Assembly (NCBI GenBank): GCA_964016885.1
Contig: CAXHJY010000928.1
Coordinates: 558,001 to 622,000, forward strand
Length of the DNA stretch: 64,000 bases
Origin: Eledone cirrhosa
Taxonomy: Eukaryota
Direction: 5' to 3'
Part shown: one piece after another, positions 44,001 through 59,579 of the stretch
How the letters are laid out: every line of letters begins with the position of its first letter
Numbering within the stretch: the stretch's first letter is position 1
Made by a program: the position numbers and the translations under genes
Notes under the pieces: model-generated
The model's input: only the letters and a program-made list of their open reading frames with translations
Told to the model about the DNA's origin: nothing
Databases searched by the model: none

Positions 44001-47000
44001 TGATGTTATGAGAGACACAAGAGACAACACTTACTACGCTGTCATCATTGTGTTAGTGATGTTATGAGAGAGACATGAGACTACACTGTCATCATTGTGT
44101 TAGTGATGTTATGAGAGACACAAGAGACAACACTTACTACGCTGTCATCATTGTATTAGTGGTGTTATGAGAGAGACATGAGACAACACTTACTACACTG
44201 TCATCATCGTGTTAGTGATATGAGAGACACAAGAGACAACACTTACTACACTGTCATCATTGTGTTAGTGATGTTTTGAGAGAGACATGAGACAACACTT
44301 ACTACACTGTCATCATTGTGTTAGCGATGTTATAAGAGAGACATGAGACAACACTTACTACACTGTCATCATTGTGTTAGTGATGTTATGAGAGAGACAT
44401 GAGACAACACTTACTACACTGTCATCATTGTGTTAGTGATGTTATGAGAGACACAAGAGACTACACTTACTACACTGTCATCATTGTGTTAGTGATGTTA
44501 TGAGAGACACAAGAGACAGCACTTACTACGCTGTCATCATTGTATTAGTGGTGTTATGAGAGAGACATGAGACAACACTTACTACACTGTCATCATCGTG
44601 TTAGTGATATGAGAGACACAAGAGACAACACTTACTACACTGTCATCATTGTGTTAGTGATGTTTTGAGAGAGACATGAGACAACACTTACTACACTGTC
44701 ATCATTGTGTTAGTGATGTTATGAGAGAGACATGAGACAACACTTACTACACTGTCATCATTGTGTTAGTGATGTTATGAGAGAGACATGAGACAACACT
44801 TACTACACTGTCATCATTGTGATAGTGATGTTATGAGAGAGACACGAGACAACACTTACTACACTGTCATCATTGTGTTAGTGATGTTATGAGAGAGACA
44901 TGAGACTACACTTACTACACTGTCATCATTGTTAGTGATGTTATGAGAGACACAAGAGCCAACACTTACTACACTGTCATCATTGTGTTAGTGATGTTAT
45001 GAGAGAGACATGAGACTACACTTACTACACTGTCATCATTGTGTTAGTGATGTTATGAGAGACACAAGAGACAACACTTACTACACTGTCATCATTGTGT
45101 TAGTGATGTTATGAGAGAGATGTTGAGACAGCACTTACTACACTGTCATTGTATTAGTGGTGTTATGAGAGAGACATGAGACAACACTTACTACACTGTC
45201 ATCATTGTGTTAGTGATGTTATGAGAGAGACATGAGACAACACTTACTACACTGTCATCATTGTATTAGTGATGTTATGAGAGAGACAAGAGACAACACT
45301 TACTACACTGTCATCATTGTTAGTGATGTTATGAGAGACACAAGAGACAACACTTACTACACTGTCATCATTGTGTTAGTGATGTTATGAGAGAGACATG
45401 AGACAACACTTACTACTCTGTCATCATTGTGTTAGTGATGTTATGAGAGAGACATGAGACAACACTTACTACACTGTCATCATTGTATTAGTGATGTTAT
45501 GAGAGACAAGAGACAACACTTACTACACTGTCATCATTGTGTTAGTGATGTTATGAGAGACACAAGAGACAACACTTACTACGCTGTCATCATTGTGTTA
45601 GTGATGTTATGAGAGAGACATGAGACTACACTTGCTACACTGTCATCATTGTGTTAGTGATGTTATGAGAGAGACATGAGACAACACTTACTACACTGTC
45701 ATCATTGTGTTAGTGATGTTATGAGAGACACAAGAGACAACACTTACTACGCTGTCATCATTGTGTTAGTGATGTTATGAGAGAGACATGAGACTACACT
45801 TACTACACTGTCATCATTGTGTTAGTGATGTTATGAGAGAGATGTTGAGACAGCACTTACTACACTGTTAGCATTGTGTTAGTGATGTTATGAAAGACAC
45901 AAGAGACAACACTTACTACACTGTCATCATTGTGTTAGTGATGTTTTGAGAGACACAAGAAACAACACTTACTACACTGTCATCATTGTGTTAGTGATGT
46001 TATGAGAGAGACATGAGACAACACTTACTACACTGTCATCATTGTGTTAGTGATGTTATGAGAGAGACATGAGACAACACTTACTACACTGTCATCATTG
46101 TGATAGTGATGTTATGAGAGAGACACGAGACAACACTTACTACACTGTCATCATTGTGTTAGTGATGTTATGAGAGAGACATGAGACTACACTTACTACA
46201 CTGTCATCATTGTGTTAGTGATGTTATGAGAGACACAAGAGACAACACTTACTACACTGTCATCATTGTGTTAGTGATGTTATGAGAGAGATGTTGAGAC
46301 AGCACTTACTACACTGTCATTGTATTAGTGGTGTTATGAGAGAGACATGAGACAACACTTACTACACTGTCATCATTGTGTTAGTGATGTTATGAGAGAG
46401 ACATGAGACAACACTTACTACACTCTCATCATTGTGTTAGTGATGTTATGAGAGAGACATGAGACAACACTTACTACACTGTCATCATTGTATTAGTGAT
46501 GTTATGAGAGAGACAAGAGACAACACTTACTACACTGTCATCATTGTGTTAGTGATGTTATGAGAGACACAAGAGACAACACTTACTACGCTGTCATCAT
46601 TGTGTTAGTGATGTTATGAGAGAGACATGAGACTACACTTACTACACTGTCATCATTGTGTTAGTGATGTTATGAGAGAGACATGAGACAACACTTACTA
46701 CACTGTCATCATTGTGTTGTGATGTTATGAGACACACAAGAGACAACACTTACTACGCTGTCATCATTGTGTTAGTGATGTTATGAGAGAGACATGAGAC
46801 TACACTTACTACACTGTCATCATTGTGTTAGTGATGTTATGAGAGACACAAGAGACAACACTTACTACGCTGTCATCATTGTGTTAGTGATGTTATGAGA
46901 GAGACATGAGACTACACTGTCATCATTGTGTTAGTGATGTTATGAGAGACACAAGAGACTACACTTACTACACTGTCATCATTGTGTTAGTGATGTTATG

Positions 47001-50000
47001 AGAGACACAAGAGACAACACTTACTACGCTGTCATTGTATTAGTGGTGTTATGAGAGAGACATGAGACAACACTTACTACACTGTCATCATTGTGTTAGT
47101 GATGTTATGAGAGACACAAGAGACAACACTTACTACACTGTCATCATTGTGTTAGTGATGTTTTGAGAGAGACATGAGACAACACTTACTACACTGTCAT
47201 CATTGTGTTAGCGATGTTATAAGAGAGACATGAGACAACACTTACTACACTGTCATCATTGTATTAGTGATGTTATGAGAGAGACAAGAGACAACACTTA
47301 CTGCACTGTCATCATTGTGTTAGTGTTGTTATGAGAGAGAGATGTTGAGACAGCACTTACTACACTGTCATCATTGTATTAGTGGTGTTATGAGAGAGAC
47401 ATGAGACAACACTTACTACACTGTCATCATTGTGTTAGTGATGTTATGAGAGAGACATGAGTCAACACTTACTACACTGTCATCATTGTGTTAGTGATGT
47501 TATGAGAGACACAAGAGACAACACTTACTACACTGTCATCATTGTTAGTGATGTTATGAGAGACACAAGAGACAACACTTACTACACTGTCATCATTGTG
47601 TTAGTGATGTTATGAGAGAGACATGAGACAACACTTACTACACTGTCATCATTGTGTTAGTGATGTTATGAGATAGACATGAGGCAACACTTACCACACT
47701 GTCATCATTGTATTAGTGATGTTATGAGAGAGACAAGAGACAACACTTACTACACTGTCATCATTGTTTTAGTGGTGTTATGAGAGAGATGTTGAGACAG
47801 CACTTACTACACTGTTAGCATTGTGTTAGTGATGTTATGAGAGAGACATGAGACAACACTTACTACACTGTCATCATTGTGTTAGTGATGTTATGAGAGA
47901 GACATGAGACAACACTTACTACACTGTCATCATTGTGTTAGTGATGTTATGAGAGAGACATGAGACAACACTTACTACACTGTCATCATTGTGTTAGTGA
48001 TGTTATGAGAGAGACATGAGACAACACTTACTACACTGTCATCATTGTATTAGTGATGTTATGAGAGAGACAAGAGACAACACTTACTACACTGTCATCA
48101 TTGTATTAGTGTTGTTATGAGAGAGATGTTGAGACAGCACTTACTACACTGTCATCATTGTATTAGTGGTGTTATGAGAGAGACATGAGACAACACTTAT
48201 TATACTGTCATCATTGTGTTAGTGATGTTATGAGAGACACAAGAGACAACACTTACTACACTGTCATCAATGTTAGTGATGTTATGAGAGACACAAGAGA
48301 CAACACTTACTACACTGTCATCATTGTGTTAGTGATGTTATGAGAGAGACATGAGACAACACTTACTACACTGTCATCATTGTGTTAGTGATGTTATGAG
48401 ATAGACATGAGGCAACACTTACTACACTGTCATCATTGTATTAGTGATGTTATGAGAGAGACAAGAGACAACACTTACTAGACTGTCATCATTGTATTAG
48501 TGGTGTTATGAGAGAGACATGAGACAACACTTACTACACTGTCATCATTGTGTTAGTGATGTTATGAGAGAGACATGAGACAGCACTTACTACACTGTCA
48601 TCATTGGGTTAGTGATGTTATGAGAGAGATGTTGAGACAGCACTTACTACACTGTCATTGTATTAGTGGTGTTATGAGAGAGACATGAGGCAACACTTAC
48701 TACACTGTCATCATTGTATTAGTGGTGTTATGAGAGAGACATGAGACAACACTTACTACACTGCCATCATTGTGTTAGTGATGTTATGAGAGAGACATGA
48801 GACAACACTTACTACACTGTCATCATTGTATTAGTGATGTTATGAGAGAGACAAGAGACACCACTTACTACACTGTCATCATTGTTAGTGATGTTATGAG
48901 AGACACAAGAGACAACACTTACTACACTGTCATCATTGTGTTAGTGATGTTATGAGAGAGACATGAGACAACACTTACTACACTGTCATCATTATGTTAG
49001 TGATGTCATGAGAGAGACATGAGACAACACTTACTACACTGTCATCATTGTATTAGTGATGTTATGAGAGAGACAAGAGACACCACTTACTACACTGTCA
49101 TCATTGTTAGTGATGTTATGAGAGACACAAGAGACAACACTTACTACACTGTCATCATTGTGTTAGTGATGTTATGAGAGAGACATGAGACAACACTTAC
49201 TACACTGTCATCATTGTATTAGTGATGTTATGAGAGAGACAAGAGACAACACTTACTACACTGTCATCATTGTGTTAGTGATGTTATGAGAGACACAAGA
49301 GACAACACTTACTACGCTGTCATCATTGTGTTAGTGATGTTATGAGAGAGACATGAGACTACACTTACTACACTGTCATCATTGTGTTAGTGATGTTATG
49401 AGAGAGACATGAGACAACACTTACTACACTGTCATCATTGTGTTAGTGATGTTATGAGAGACACAAGAGACAACACTTGCTACGCTGTCATCATTGCGTT
49501 AGTGATGTTATGAGAGAGACATGAGACTACACTTACTACACTGTCATCATTGTGTTAGTGATGTTATGAGAGACACAAGAGACAACACTTACTACGCTGT
49601 CATCATTGTGTTAGTGATGTTATGAGAGAGACATGAGACTACACTGTCATCATTGTGTTAGTGATGTTATGAGAGAGACATGAGACAACACTTACTACAC
49701 TGTCATCATTGTGTTAGTGATGTTATGAGAGACACAAGAGACAACACTTACTACGCTGTCATCATTGTGTTAGTGATGTTATGAGAGAGACATGAGACTA
49801 CACTTACTACACTGTCATCATTGTGTTAGTGATGTTATGAGAGAGACATGAGACAACACTTACTACACTGTCATCATTGTATTAGTGATGTTATGAGAGA
49901 GACAAGAGACAACACTTACTACACTGTCAGCATTGTGTTAGTGATATTTTGAGAGACATGAGACACTTACTACACTGTCATCATTGTATTAGTGATGTTA

Positions 50001-50486
50001 TGAGAGAGACAAGAGACAACACTTACTACACTGTCATCATTGTGTTAGTGATGTTATGAGAGACACAAGAGACAACACTTACTACGCTGTCATCATTGTG
50101 TTAGTGATGTTATGAGAGAGACATGAGACTACACTTACTACACTGTCATCATTGTGTTAGTGATGTTATGAGAGACACAAGAGACAACACTTACTACGCT
50201 GTCATCATTGTGTTAGTGATGTTATGAGAGAGACATGAGACAACACTTACTACACTGTCATCATTGTGTTAGTGATGTTATGAGAGAGACATGAGTCAAC
50301 ACTTACTACACTGTCATCATTGTGTTAGTGATGTTATGAGAGACACAAGAGACAACACTTACTACACTGTCATCATTGTTAGTGATGTTATGAGAGACAC
50401 AAGAGACAACACTTACTACACTGTCATCATTGTGTTAGTGATGTTATGAGAGAGACATGAGACAACACTTACTACACTGTCATCAT
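41062..50486. repeat. ~8.4-kb HOR copy A (9,425 bp including a 1,209-bp internal duplication and a 222-bp deletion)
   Basis: TTAGAATTG 41224 to 50649 = 9,425. GACTTTATG is duplicated at 42130/43339. Four monomers including the GTTCTG one are missing near 46350 relative to 57070-57300. Confidence 0.8.
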
Positions 50487-53400
50487 TGTGTTAGTGATGT
50501 TATGAGATAGACATGAGGCAACACTTACTACACTGTCATCATTGTATTAGTGATGTTATGAGAGAGACAAGAGACAACACTTACTACACTGTCATCATTG
50601 TATTAGTGGTGTTATGAGAGAGATGTTGAGACAGCACTTACTACACTGTTAGAATTGTGTTAGTGATGTTATGAGAGAGACATGAGACAACACTTACTAC
50701 ACTGTCATCATTGTGTTAGTGATGTTATGAGAGAGACATGAGACAACACTTACTGCACTGTCATCATTGTGTTAGTGATGTTATGAGAGACACAAGAGAC
50801 AACACTTACTACACTGTCATCATTGTGTTAGTGATGTTTTGAGAGACACAAGAGACAACACTTACTACACTGTCATCATTGTGTTAGTGATGTTATGAGA
50901 GAGACATGAGACAACACTTACTACACTGTCATCATTGTGTTAGTGATGTTATGAGAGAGACATGAGACAACACTTACTACACTGTCATCATTGTGATAGT
51001 GATGTTATGAGAGAGACACGAGACAACACTTACTACACTGTCATCATTGTGTTAGTGATGTTATGAGAGAGACATGAGACTACACTTACTACACTGTCAT
51101 CATTGTTAGTGATGTTATGAGAGACACAAGAGACAACACTTACTACACTGTCATCATTGTGTTAGTGATGTTATGAGAGAGACATGAGACTACACTTACT
51201 ACACTGTCATCATTGTGTTAGTGATGTTATGAGAGACACAAGAGACAACACTTACTACACTGTCATCATTGTGTTAGTGATGTTATGAGAGAGATGTTGA
51301 GACAGCACTTACTACACTGTCATTGTATTAGTGGTGTTATGAGAGAGACATGAGACAACACTTACTACACTGTCATCATTGTATTAGTGGTGTTATGAGA
51401 GAGACATGAGACAACACTTACTACACTGTCATCATTGTGTTAGTGATGTTATGAGAGAGACATGAGACAACACTTACTACACTGTCATCATTGTATTAGT
51501 GATGTTATGAGAGAGACAAGAGACAACACTTACTACACTGTCATCATTGTTAGTGACTTTATGAGAGACACAAGAGACAACACTTACTACACTGTCATCA
51601 TTGTGTTAGTGATGTTATGAGAGAGACATGAGACAACACTTACTACACTGTCATCATTGTGTTAGTGATGTTATGAGAGAGACATGAGACAACACTTACT
51701 ACACTGTCATCATTGTATTAGTGTTGTTATGAGAGACACATGAGACAACACTTACTACGCTGTCATCATTGTGTTAGTGATGTTATGAGAGAGACATGAG
51801 ATTACACTTACTACACTGTCATCATTGTGTTAGTGATGTTATGAGAGACACAAGAGACAACACTTACTACGCTGTCATCATTGTGTTAGTGATGTTATGA
51901 GAGAGACATGAGACTACACTGTCATCATTGTGTTAGTGATGTTATGAGAGACACAAGAGACAACACTTACTACGCTGTCATCATTGTATTAGTGGTGTTA
52001 TGAGAGAGACATGAGACAACACTTACTACACTGTCATCATTGTGTTAGTGATGTTATGAGAGACACAAGAGACTACACTTACTACACTGTCATCATTGTG
52101 TTAGTGATGTTATGAGAGACACAAGAGACAGCACTTACTACGCTGTCATCATTGTATTAGTGATGTTTTGAGAGAGACATGAGACTACACTTACTACACT
52201 GTCATCATTGTGTTAGTGATGTTATGAGAGACACAAGAGACAACACTTACTACGCTGTCATCATTGTGTTAGTGATGTTATGAGAGAGACATGAGACTAC
52301 ACTGTCATCATTGTGTTAGTGATGTTATGAGAGACACAAGAGACAACACTTACTACGCTGTCATCATTGTATTAGTGGTGTTATGAGAGAGACATGAGAC
52401 AACACTTACTACACTGTCATCATCGTGTTAGTGATATGAGAGACACAAGAGACAACACTTACTACACTGTCATCATTGTGTTAGTGATGTTTTGAGAGAG
52501 ACATGAGACAACACTTACTACACTGTCATCATTGTGTTAGCGATGTTATAAGAGAGACATGAGACAACACTTACTACACTGTCATCATTGTGTTAGTGAT
52601 GTTATGAGAGAGACATGAGACAACACTTACTACACTGTCATCATTGTGTTAGTGATGTTATGAGAGACACAAGAGACTACACTTACTACACTGTCATCAT
52701 TGTGTTAGTGATGTTATGAGAGACACAAGAGACAGCACTTACTACGCTGTCATCATTGTATTAGTGGTGTTATGAGAGAGACATGAGACAACACTTACTA
52801 CACTGTCATCATCGTGTTAGTGATATGAGAGACACAAGAGACAACACTTACTACACTGTCATCATTGTGTTAGTGATGTTTTGAGAGAGACATGAGACAA
52901 CACTTACTACACTGTCATCATTGTGTTAGTGATGTTATGAGAGAGACATGAGACAACACTTACTACACTGTCATCATTGTGTTAGTGATGTTATGAGAGA
53001 GACATGAGACAACACTTACTACACTGTCATCATTGTGATAGTGATGTTATGAGAGAGACACGAGACAACACTTACTACACTGTCATCATTGTGTTAGTGA
53101 TGTTATGAGAGAGACATGAGACTACACTTACTACACTGTCATCATTGTTAGTGATGTTATGAGAGACACAAGAGACAACACTTACTACACTGTCATCATT
53201 GTGTTAGTGATGTTATGAGAGAGACATGAGACTACACTTACTACACTGTCATCATTGTGTTAGTGATGTTATGAGAGACACAAGAGACAACACTTACTAC
53301 ACTGTCATCATTGTGTTAGTGATGTTATGAGAGAGATGTTGAGACAGCACTTACTACACTGTCATTGTATTAGTGGTGTTATGAGAGAGACATGAGACAA

Positions 53401-56400
53401 CACTTACTACACTGTCATCATTGTGTTAGTGATGTTATGAGAGAGACATGAGACAACACTTACTACACTGTCATCATTGTGATAGTGATGTTATGAGAGA
53501 GACACGAGACAACACTTACTACACTGTCATCATTGTGTTAGTGATGTTATGAGAGAGACATGAGACTACACTTACTACACTGTCATCATTGTTAGTGATG
53601 TTATGAGAGACACAAGAGACAACACTTACTACACTGTCATCATTGTGTTAGTGATGTTATGAGAGAGACATGAGACTACACTTACTACACTGTCATCATT
53701 GTGTTAGTGATGTTATGAGAGACACAAGAGACAACACTTACTACACTGTCATCATTGTGTTAGTGATGTTATGAGAGAGATGTTGAGACAGCACTTACTA
53801 CACTGTCATTGTATTAGTGGTGTTATGAGAGAGACATGAGACAACACTTACTACACTGTCATCATTGTATTAGTGGTGTTATGAGAGAGACATGAGACAA
53901 CACTTACTACACTGTCATCATTGTGTTAGTGATGTTATGAGAGAGACATGAGACAACACTTACTACACTGTCATCATTGTATTAGTGATGTTATGAGAGA
54001 GACAAGAGACAACACTTACTACACTGTCATCATTGTTAGTGACTTTATGAGAGACACAAGAGACAACACTTACTACACTGTCATCATTGTGTTAGTGATG
54101 TTATGAGAGAGACATGAGACAACACTTACTACACTGTCATCATTGTGTTAGTGATGTTATGAGAGAGACATGAGACAACACTTACTACACTGTCATCATT
54201 GTATTAGTGTTGTTATGAGAGACACATGAGACAACACTTACTACGCTGTCATCATTGTGTTAGTGATGTTATGAGAGAGACATGAGATTACACTTACTAC
54301 ACTGTCATCATTGTGTTAGTGATGTTATGAGAGACACAAGAGACAACACTTACTACGCTGTCATCATTGTGTTAGTGATGTTATGAGAGAGACATGAGAC
54401 TACACTGTCATCATTGTGTTAGTGATGTTATGAGAGACACAAGAGACAACACTTACTACGCTGTCATCATTGTATTAGTGGTGTTATGAGAGAGACATGA
54501 GACAACACTTACTACACTGTCATCATTGTGTTAGTGATGTTATGAGAGACACAAGAGACTACACTTACTACACTGTCATCATTGTGTTAGTGATGTTATG
54601 AGAGACACAAGAGACAGCACTTACTACGCTGTCATCATTGTATTAGTGATGTTTTGAGAGAGACATGAGACTACACTTACTACACTGTCATCATTGTGTT
54701 AGTGATGTTATGAGAGACACAAGAGACAACACTTACTACGCTGTCATCATTGTGTTAGTGATGTTATGAGAGAGACATGAGACTACACTGTCATCATTGT
54801 GTTAGTGATGTTATGAGAGACACAAGAGACAACACTTACTACGCTGTCATCATTGTATTAGTGGTGTTATGAGAGAGACATGAGACAACACTTACTACAC
54901 TGTCATCATCGTGTTAGTGATATGAGAGACACAAGAGACAACACTTACTACACTGTCATCATTGTGTTAGTGATGTTTTGAGAGAGACATGAGACAACAC
55001 TTACTACACTGTCATCATTGTGTTAGCGATGTTATAAGAGAGACATGAGACAACACTTACTACACTGTCATCATTGTGTTAGTGATGTTATGAGAGAGAC
55101 ATGAGACAACACTTACTACACTGTCATCATTGTGTTAGTGATGTTATGAGAGACACAAGAGACTACACTTACTACACTGTCATCATTGTGTTAGTGATGT
55201 TATGAGAGACACAAGAGACAGCACTTACTACGCTGTCATCATTGTATTAGTGGTGTTATGAGAGAGACATGAGACAACACTTACTACACTGTCATCATCG
55301 TGTTAGTGATATGAGAGACACAAGAGACAACACTTACTACACTGTCATCATTGTGTTAGTGATGTTTTGAGAGAGACATGAGACAACACTTACTACACTG
55401 TCATCATTGTGTTAGTGATGTTATGAGAGAGACATGAGACAACACTTACTACACTGTCATCATTGTGTTAGTGATGTTATGAGAGAGACATGAGACAACA
55501 CTTACTACACTGTCATCATTGTGATAGTGATGTTATGAGAGAGACACGAGACAACACTTACTACACTGTCATCATTGTGTTAGTGATGTTATGAGAGAGA
55601 CATGAGACTACACTTACTACACTGTCATCATTGTTAGTGATGTTATGAGAGACACAAGAGACAACACTTACTACACTGTCATCATTGTGTTAGTGATGTT
55701 ATGAGAGAGACATGAGACTACACTTACTACACTGTCATCATTGTGTTAGTGATGTTATGAGAGACACAAGAGACAACACTTACTACACTGTCATCATTGT
55801 GTTAGTGATGTTATGAGAGAGATGTTGAGACAGCACTTACTACACTGTCATTGTATTAGTGGTGTTATGAGAGAGACATGAGACAACACTTACTACACTG
55901 TCATCATTGTGTTAGTGATGTTATGAGAGAGACATGAGACAACACTTACTACACTGTCATCATTGTATTAGTGATGTTATGAGAGAGACAAGAGACAACA
56001 CTTACTACACTGTCATCATTGTTAGTGATGTTATGAGAGACACAAGAGACAACACTTACTACACTGTCATCATTGTGTTAGTGATGTTATGAGAGAGACA
56101 TGAGACAACACTTACTACTCTGTCATCATTGTGTTAGTGATGTTATGAGAGAGACATGAGACAACACTTACTACACTGTCATCATTGTATTAGTGATGTT
56201 ATGAGAGACAAGAGACAACACTTACTACACTGTCATCATTGTGTTAGTGATGTTATGAGAGACACAAGAGACAACACTTACTACGCTGTCATCATTGTGT
56301 TAGTGATGTTATGAGAGAGACATGAGACTACACTTACTACACTGTCATCATTGTGTTAGTGATGTTATGAGAGAGACATGAGACAACACTTACTACACTG

Positions 56401-59400
56401 TCATCATTGTGTTAGTGATGTTATGAGAGACACAAGAGACAACACTTACTACGCTGTCATCATTGTGTTAGTGATGTTATGAGAGAGACATGAGACTACA
56501 CTTACTACACTGTCATCATTGTGTTAGTGATGTTATGAGAGAGATGTTGAGACAGCACTTACTACATTGTTAGCATTGTGTTAGTGATGTTATGAGAGAC
56601 ACAAGAGACAACACTTACTACACTGTCATCATTGTGTTAGTGATGTTTTGAGAGACACAAGAAACAACACTTACTACACTGTCATCATTGTGTTAGTGAT
56701 GTTATGAGAGAGACATGAGACAACACTTACTACACTGTCATCATTGTGTTAGTGATGTTATGAGAGAGACATGAGACAACACTTACTACACTGTCATCAT
56801 TGTGATAGTGATGTTATGAGAGAGACACGAGACAACACTTACTACACTGTCATCATTGTGTTAGTGATGTTATGAGAGAGACATGAGACTACACTTACTA
56901 CACTGTCATCATTGTGTTAGTGATGTTATGAGAGACACAAGAGACAACACTTACTACACTGTCATCATTGTGTTAGTGATGTTATGAGAGAGATGTTGAG
57001 ACAGCACTTACTACACTGTCATTGTATTAGTGGTGTTATGAGAGAGACATGAGACAACACTTACTACACTGTCATCATTGTATTAGTGGTGTTATGAGAG
57101 AGACATGAGACAACACTTACTACACTGTCATCATTGTGTTAGTGATGTTATGAGAGAGACATGAGACAACACTTACTACACTGTCATCATTGTATTAGTG
57201 ATGTTATGAGAGAGACAAGAGACAACACTTACTACACTGTCATCATTGTTAGTGATGTTCTGAGAGACACAAGAGACAACACTTACTACACTGTCATCAT
57301 TGTGTTAGTGATGTTATGAGAGAGACATGAGACAACACTTACTACACTCTCATCATTGTGTTAGTGATGTTATGAGAGAGACATGAGACAACACTTACTA
57401 CACTGTCATCATTGTATTAGTGATGTTATGAGAGAGACAAGAGACAACACTTACTACACTGTCATCATTGTGTTAGTGATGTTATGAGAGACACAAGAGA
57501 CAACACTTACTACGCTGTCATCATTGTGTTAGTGATGTTATGAGAGAGACATGAGACTACACTTACTACACTGTCATCATTGTGTTAGTGATGTTATGAG
57601 AGAGACATGAGACAACACTTACTACACTGTCATTGTGTTGTGATGTTATGAGAGACACAAGAGACAACACTTACTACGCTGTCATCATTGTGTTAGTGAT
57701 GTTATGAGAGAGACATGAGACTACACTTACTACACTGTCATCATTGTGTTAGTGATGTTATGAGAGACACAAGAGACAACACTTACTACGCTGTCATCAT
57801 TGTGTTAGTGATGTTATGAGAGAGACATGAGACTACACTGTCATCATTGTGTTAGTGATGTTATGAGAGACACAAGAGACTACACTTACTACACTGTCAT
57901 CATTGTGTTAGTGATGTTATGAGAGACACAAGAGACAACACTTACTACGCTGTCATTGTATTAGTGGTGTTATGAGAGAGACATGAGACAACACTTACTA
58001 CACTGTCATCATCGTGTTAGTGATGTTATGAGAGACACAAGAGACAACACTTACTACACTGTCATCATTGTGTTAGCGATGTTATAAGAGAGACATGAGA
58101 CAACACTTACTACACTGTCATCATTGTATTAGTGATGTTATGAGAGAGACAAGAGACAACACTTACTACATTGTCATCATTGTGTTAGTGTTGTTATGAG
58201 AGAGAGATGTTGAGACAGCACTTACTACACTGTCATCATTGTATTAGTGGTGTTATGAGAGAGACATGAGACAACACTTACTACACTGTCATCATTGTGT
58301 TAGTGATGTTATGAGAGAGACATGAGTCAACACTTACTACACTGTCATCATTGTGTTAGTGATGTTATGAGAGACACAAGAGACAACACTTACTACACTG
58401 TCATCATTGTTAGTGATGTTATGAGAGACACAAGAGACAACACTTACTACACTGTCATCATTGTGTTAGTGATGTTATGAGAGAGACATGAGACAACACT
58501 TACTACACTGTCATCATTGTGTTAGTGATGTTATGAGATAGACATGAGGCAACACTTACTACACTGTCATCATTGTATTAGTGATGTTATGAGAGAGACA
58601 AGAGACAACACTTACTACACTGTCATCATTGTTTTAGTGGTGTTATGAGAGAGATGTTGAGACAGCACTTACTACACTGTTAGCATTGTGTTAGTGATGT
58701 TATGAGAGAGACATGAGACAACACTTACTACACTGTCATCATTGTGTTAGTGATGTTATGAGAGAGACATGAGACAACACTTACTACACTGTCATCATTG
58801 TGTTAGTGATGTTATGAGAGAGACATGAGACAACACTTACTACACTGTCATCATTGTATTAGTGATGTTATGAGAGAGACAAGAGACAACACTTACTACA
58901 CTGTCATCATTGTATTAGTGTTGTTATGAGAGAGATGTTGAGACAGCACTTACTACACTGTCATCATTGTATTAGTGGTGTTATGAGAGAGACATGGGAC
59001 AACACTTATTATACTGTCATCATTGTGTTAGTGATGTTATGAGAGACACAAGAGACAACACTTACTACACTGTCATCAATGTTAGTGATGTTATGAGAGA
59101 CACAAGAGACAACACTTACTACACTGTCATCATTGTGTTAGTGATGTTATGAGAGAGACATGAGACAACACTTACTACACTGTCATCATTGTGTTAGTGA
59201 TGTTATGAGATAGACATGAGGCAACACTTACTACACTGTCATCATTGTATTAGTGATGTTATGAGAGAGACAAGAGACAACACTTACTAGACTGTCATCA
59301 TTGTATTAGTGGTGTTATGAGAGAGACATGAGACAACACTTACTACACTGTCATCATTGTGTTAGTGATGTTATGAGAGAGACATGAGACAGCACTTACT

Positions 59401-59579
59401 ACACTGTCATCATTGGGTTAGTGATGTTATGAGAGAGATGTTGAGACAGCACTTACTACACTGTCATTGTATTAGTGGTGTTATGAGAGAGACATGAGGC
59501 AACACTTACTACACTGTCATCATTGTATTAGTGGTGTTATGAGAGAGACATGAGACAACACTTACTACACTGCCATCAT
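50487..59579. repeat. ~8.4-kb HOR copy B (truncated on the right) with a 2,486-bp internal duplication
   Basis: Same marker order as copy A. The private marker GAGATTACAC occurs at 51801 and 54287 (2,486 apart). The copy breaks off inside the diverged block after CTGCCATC at ~59575. Confidence 0.78.
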
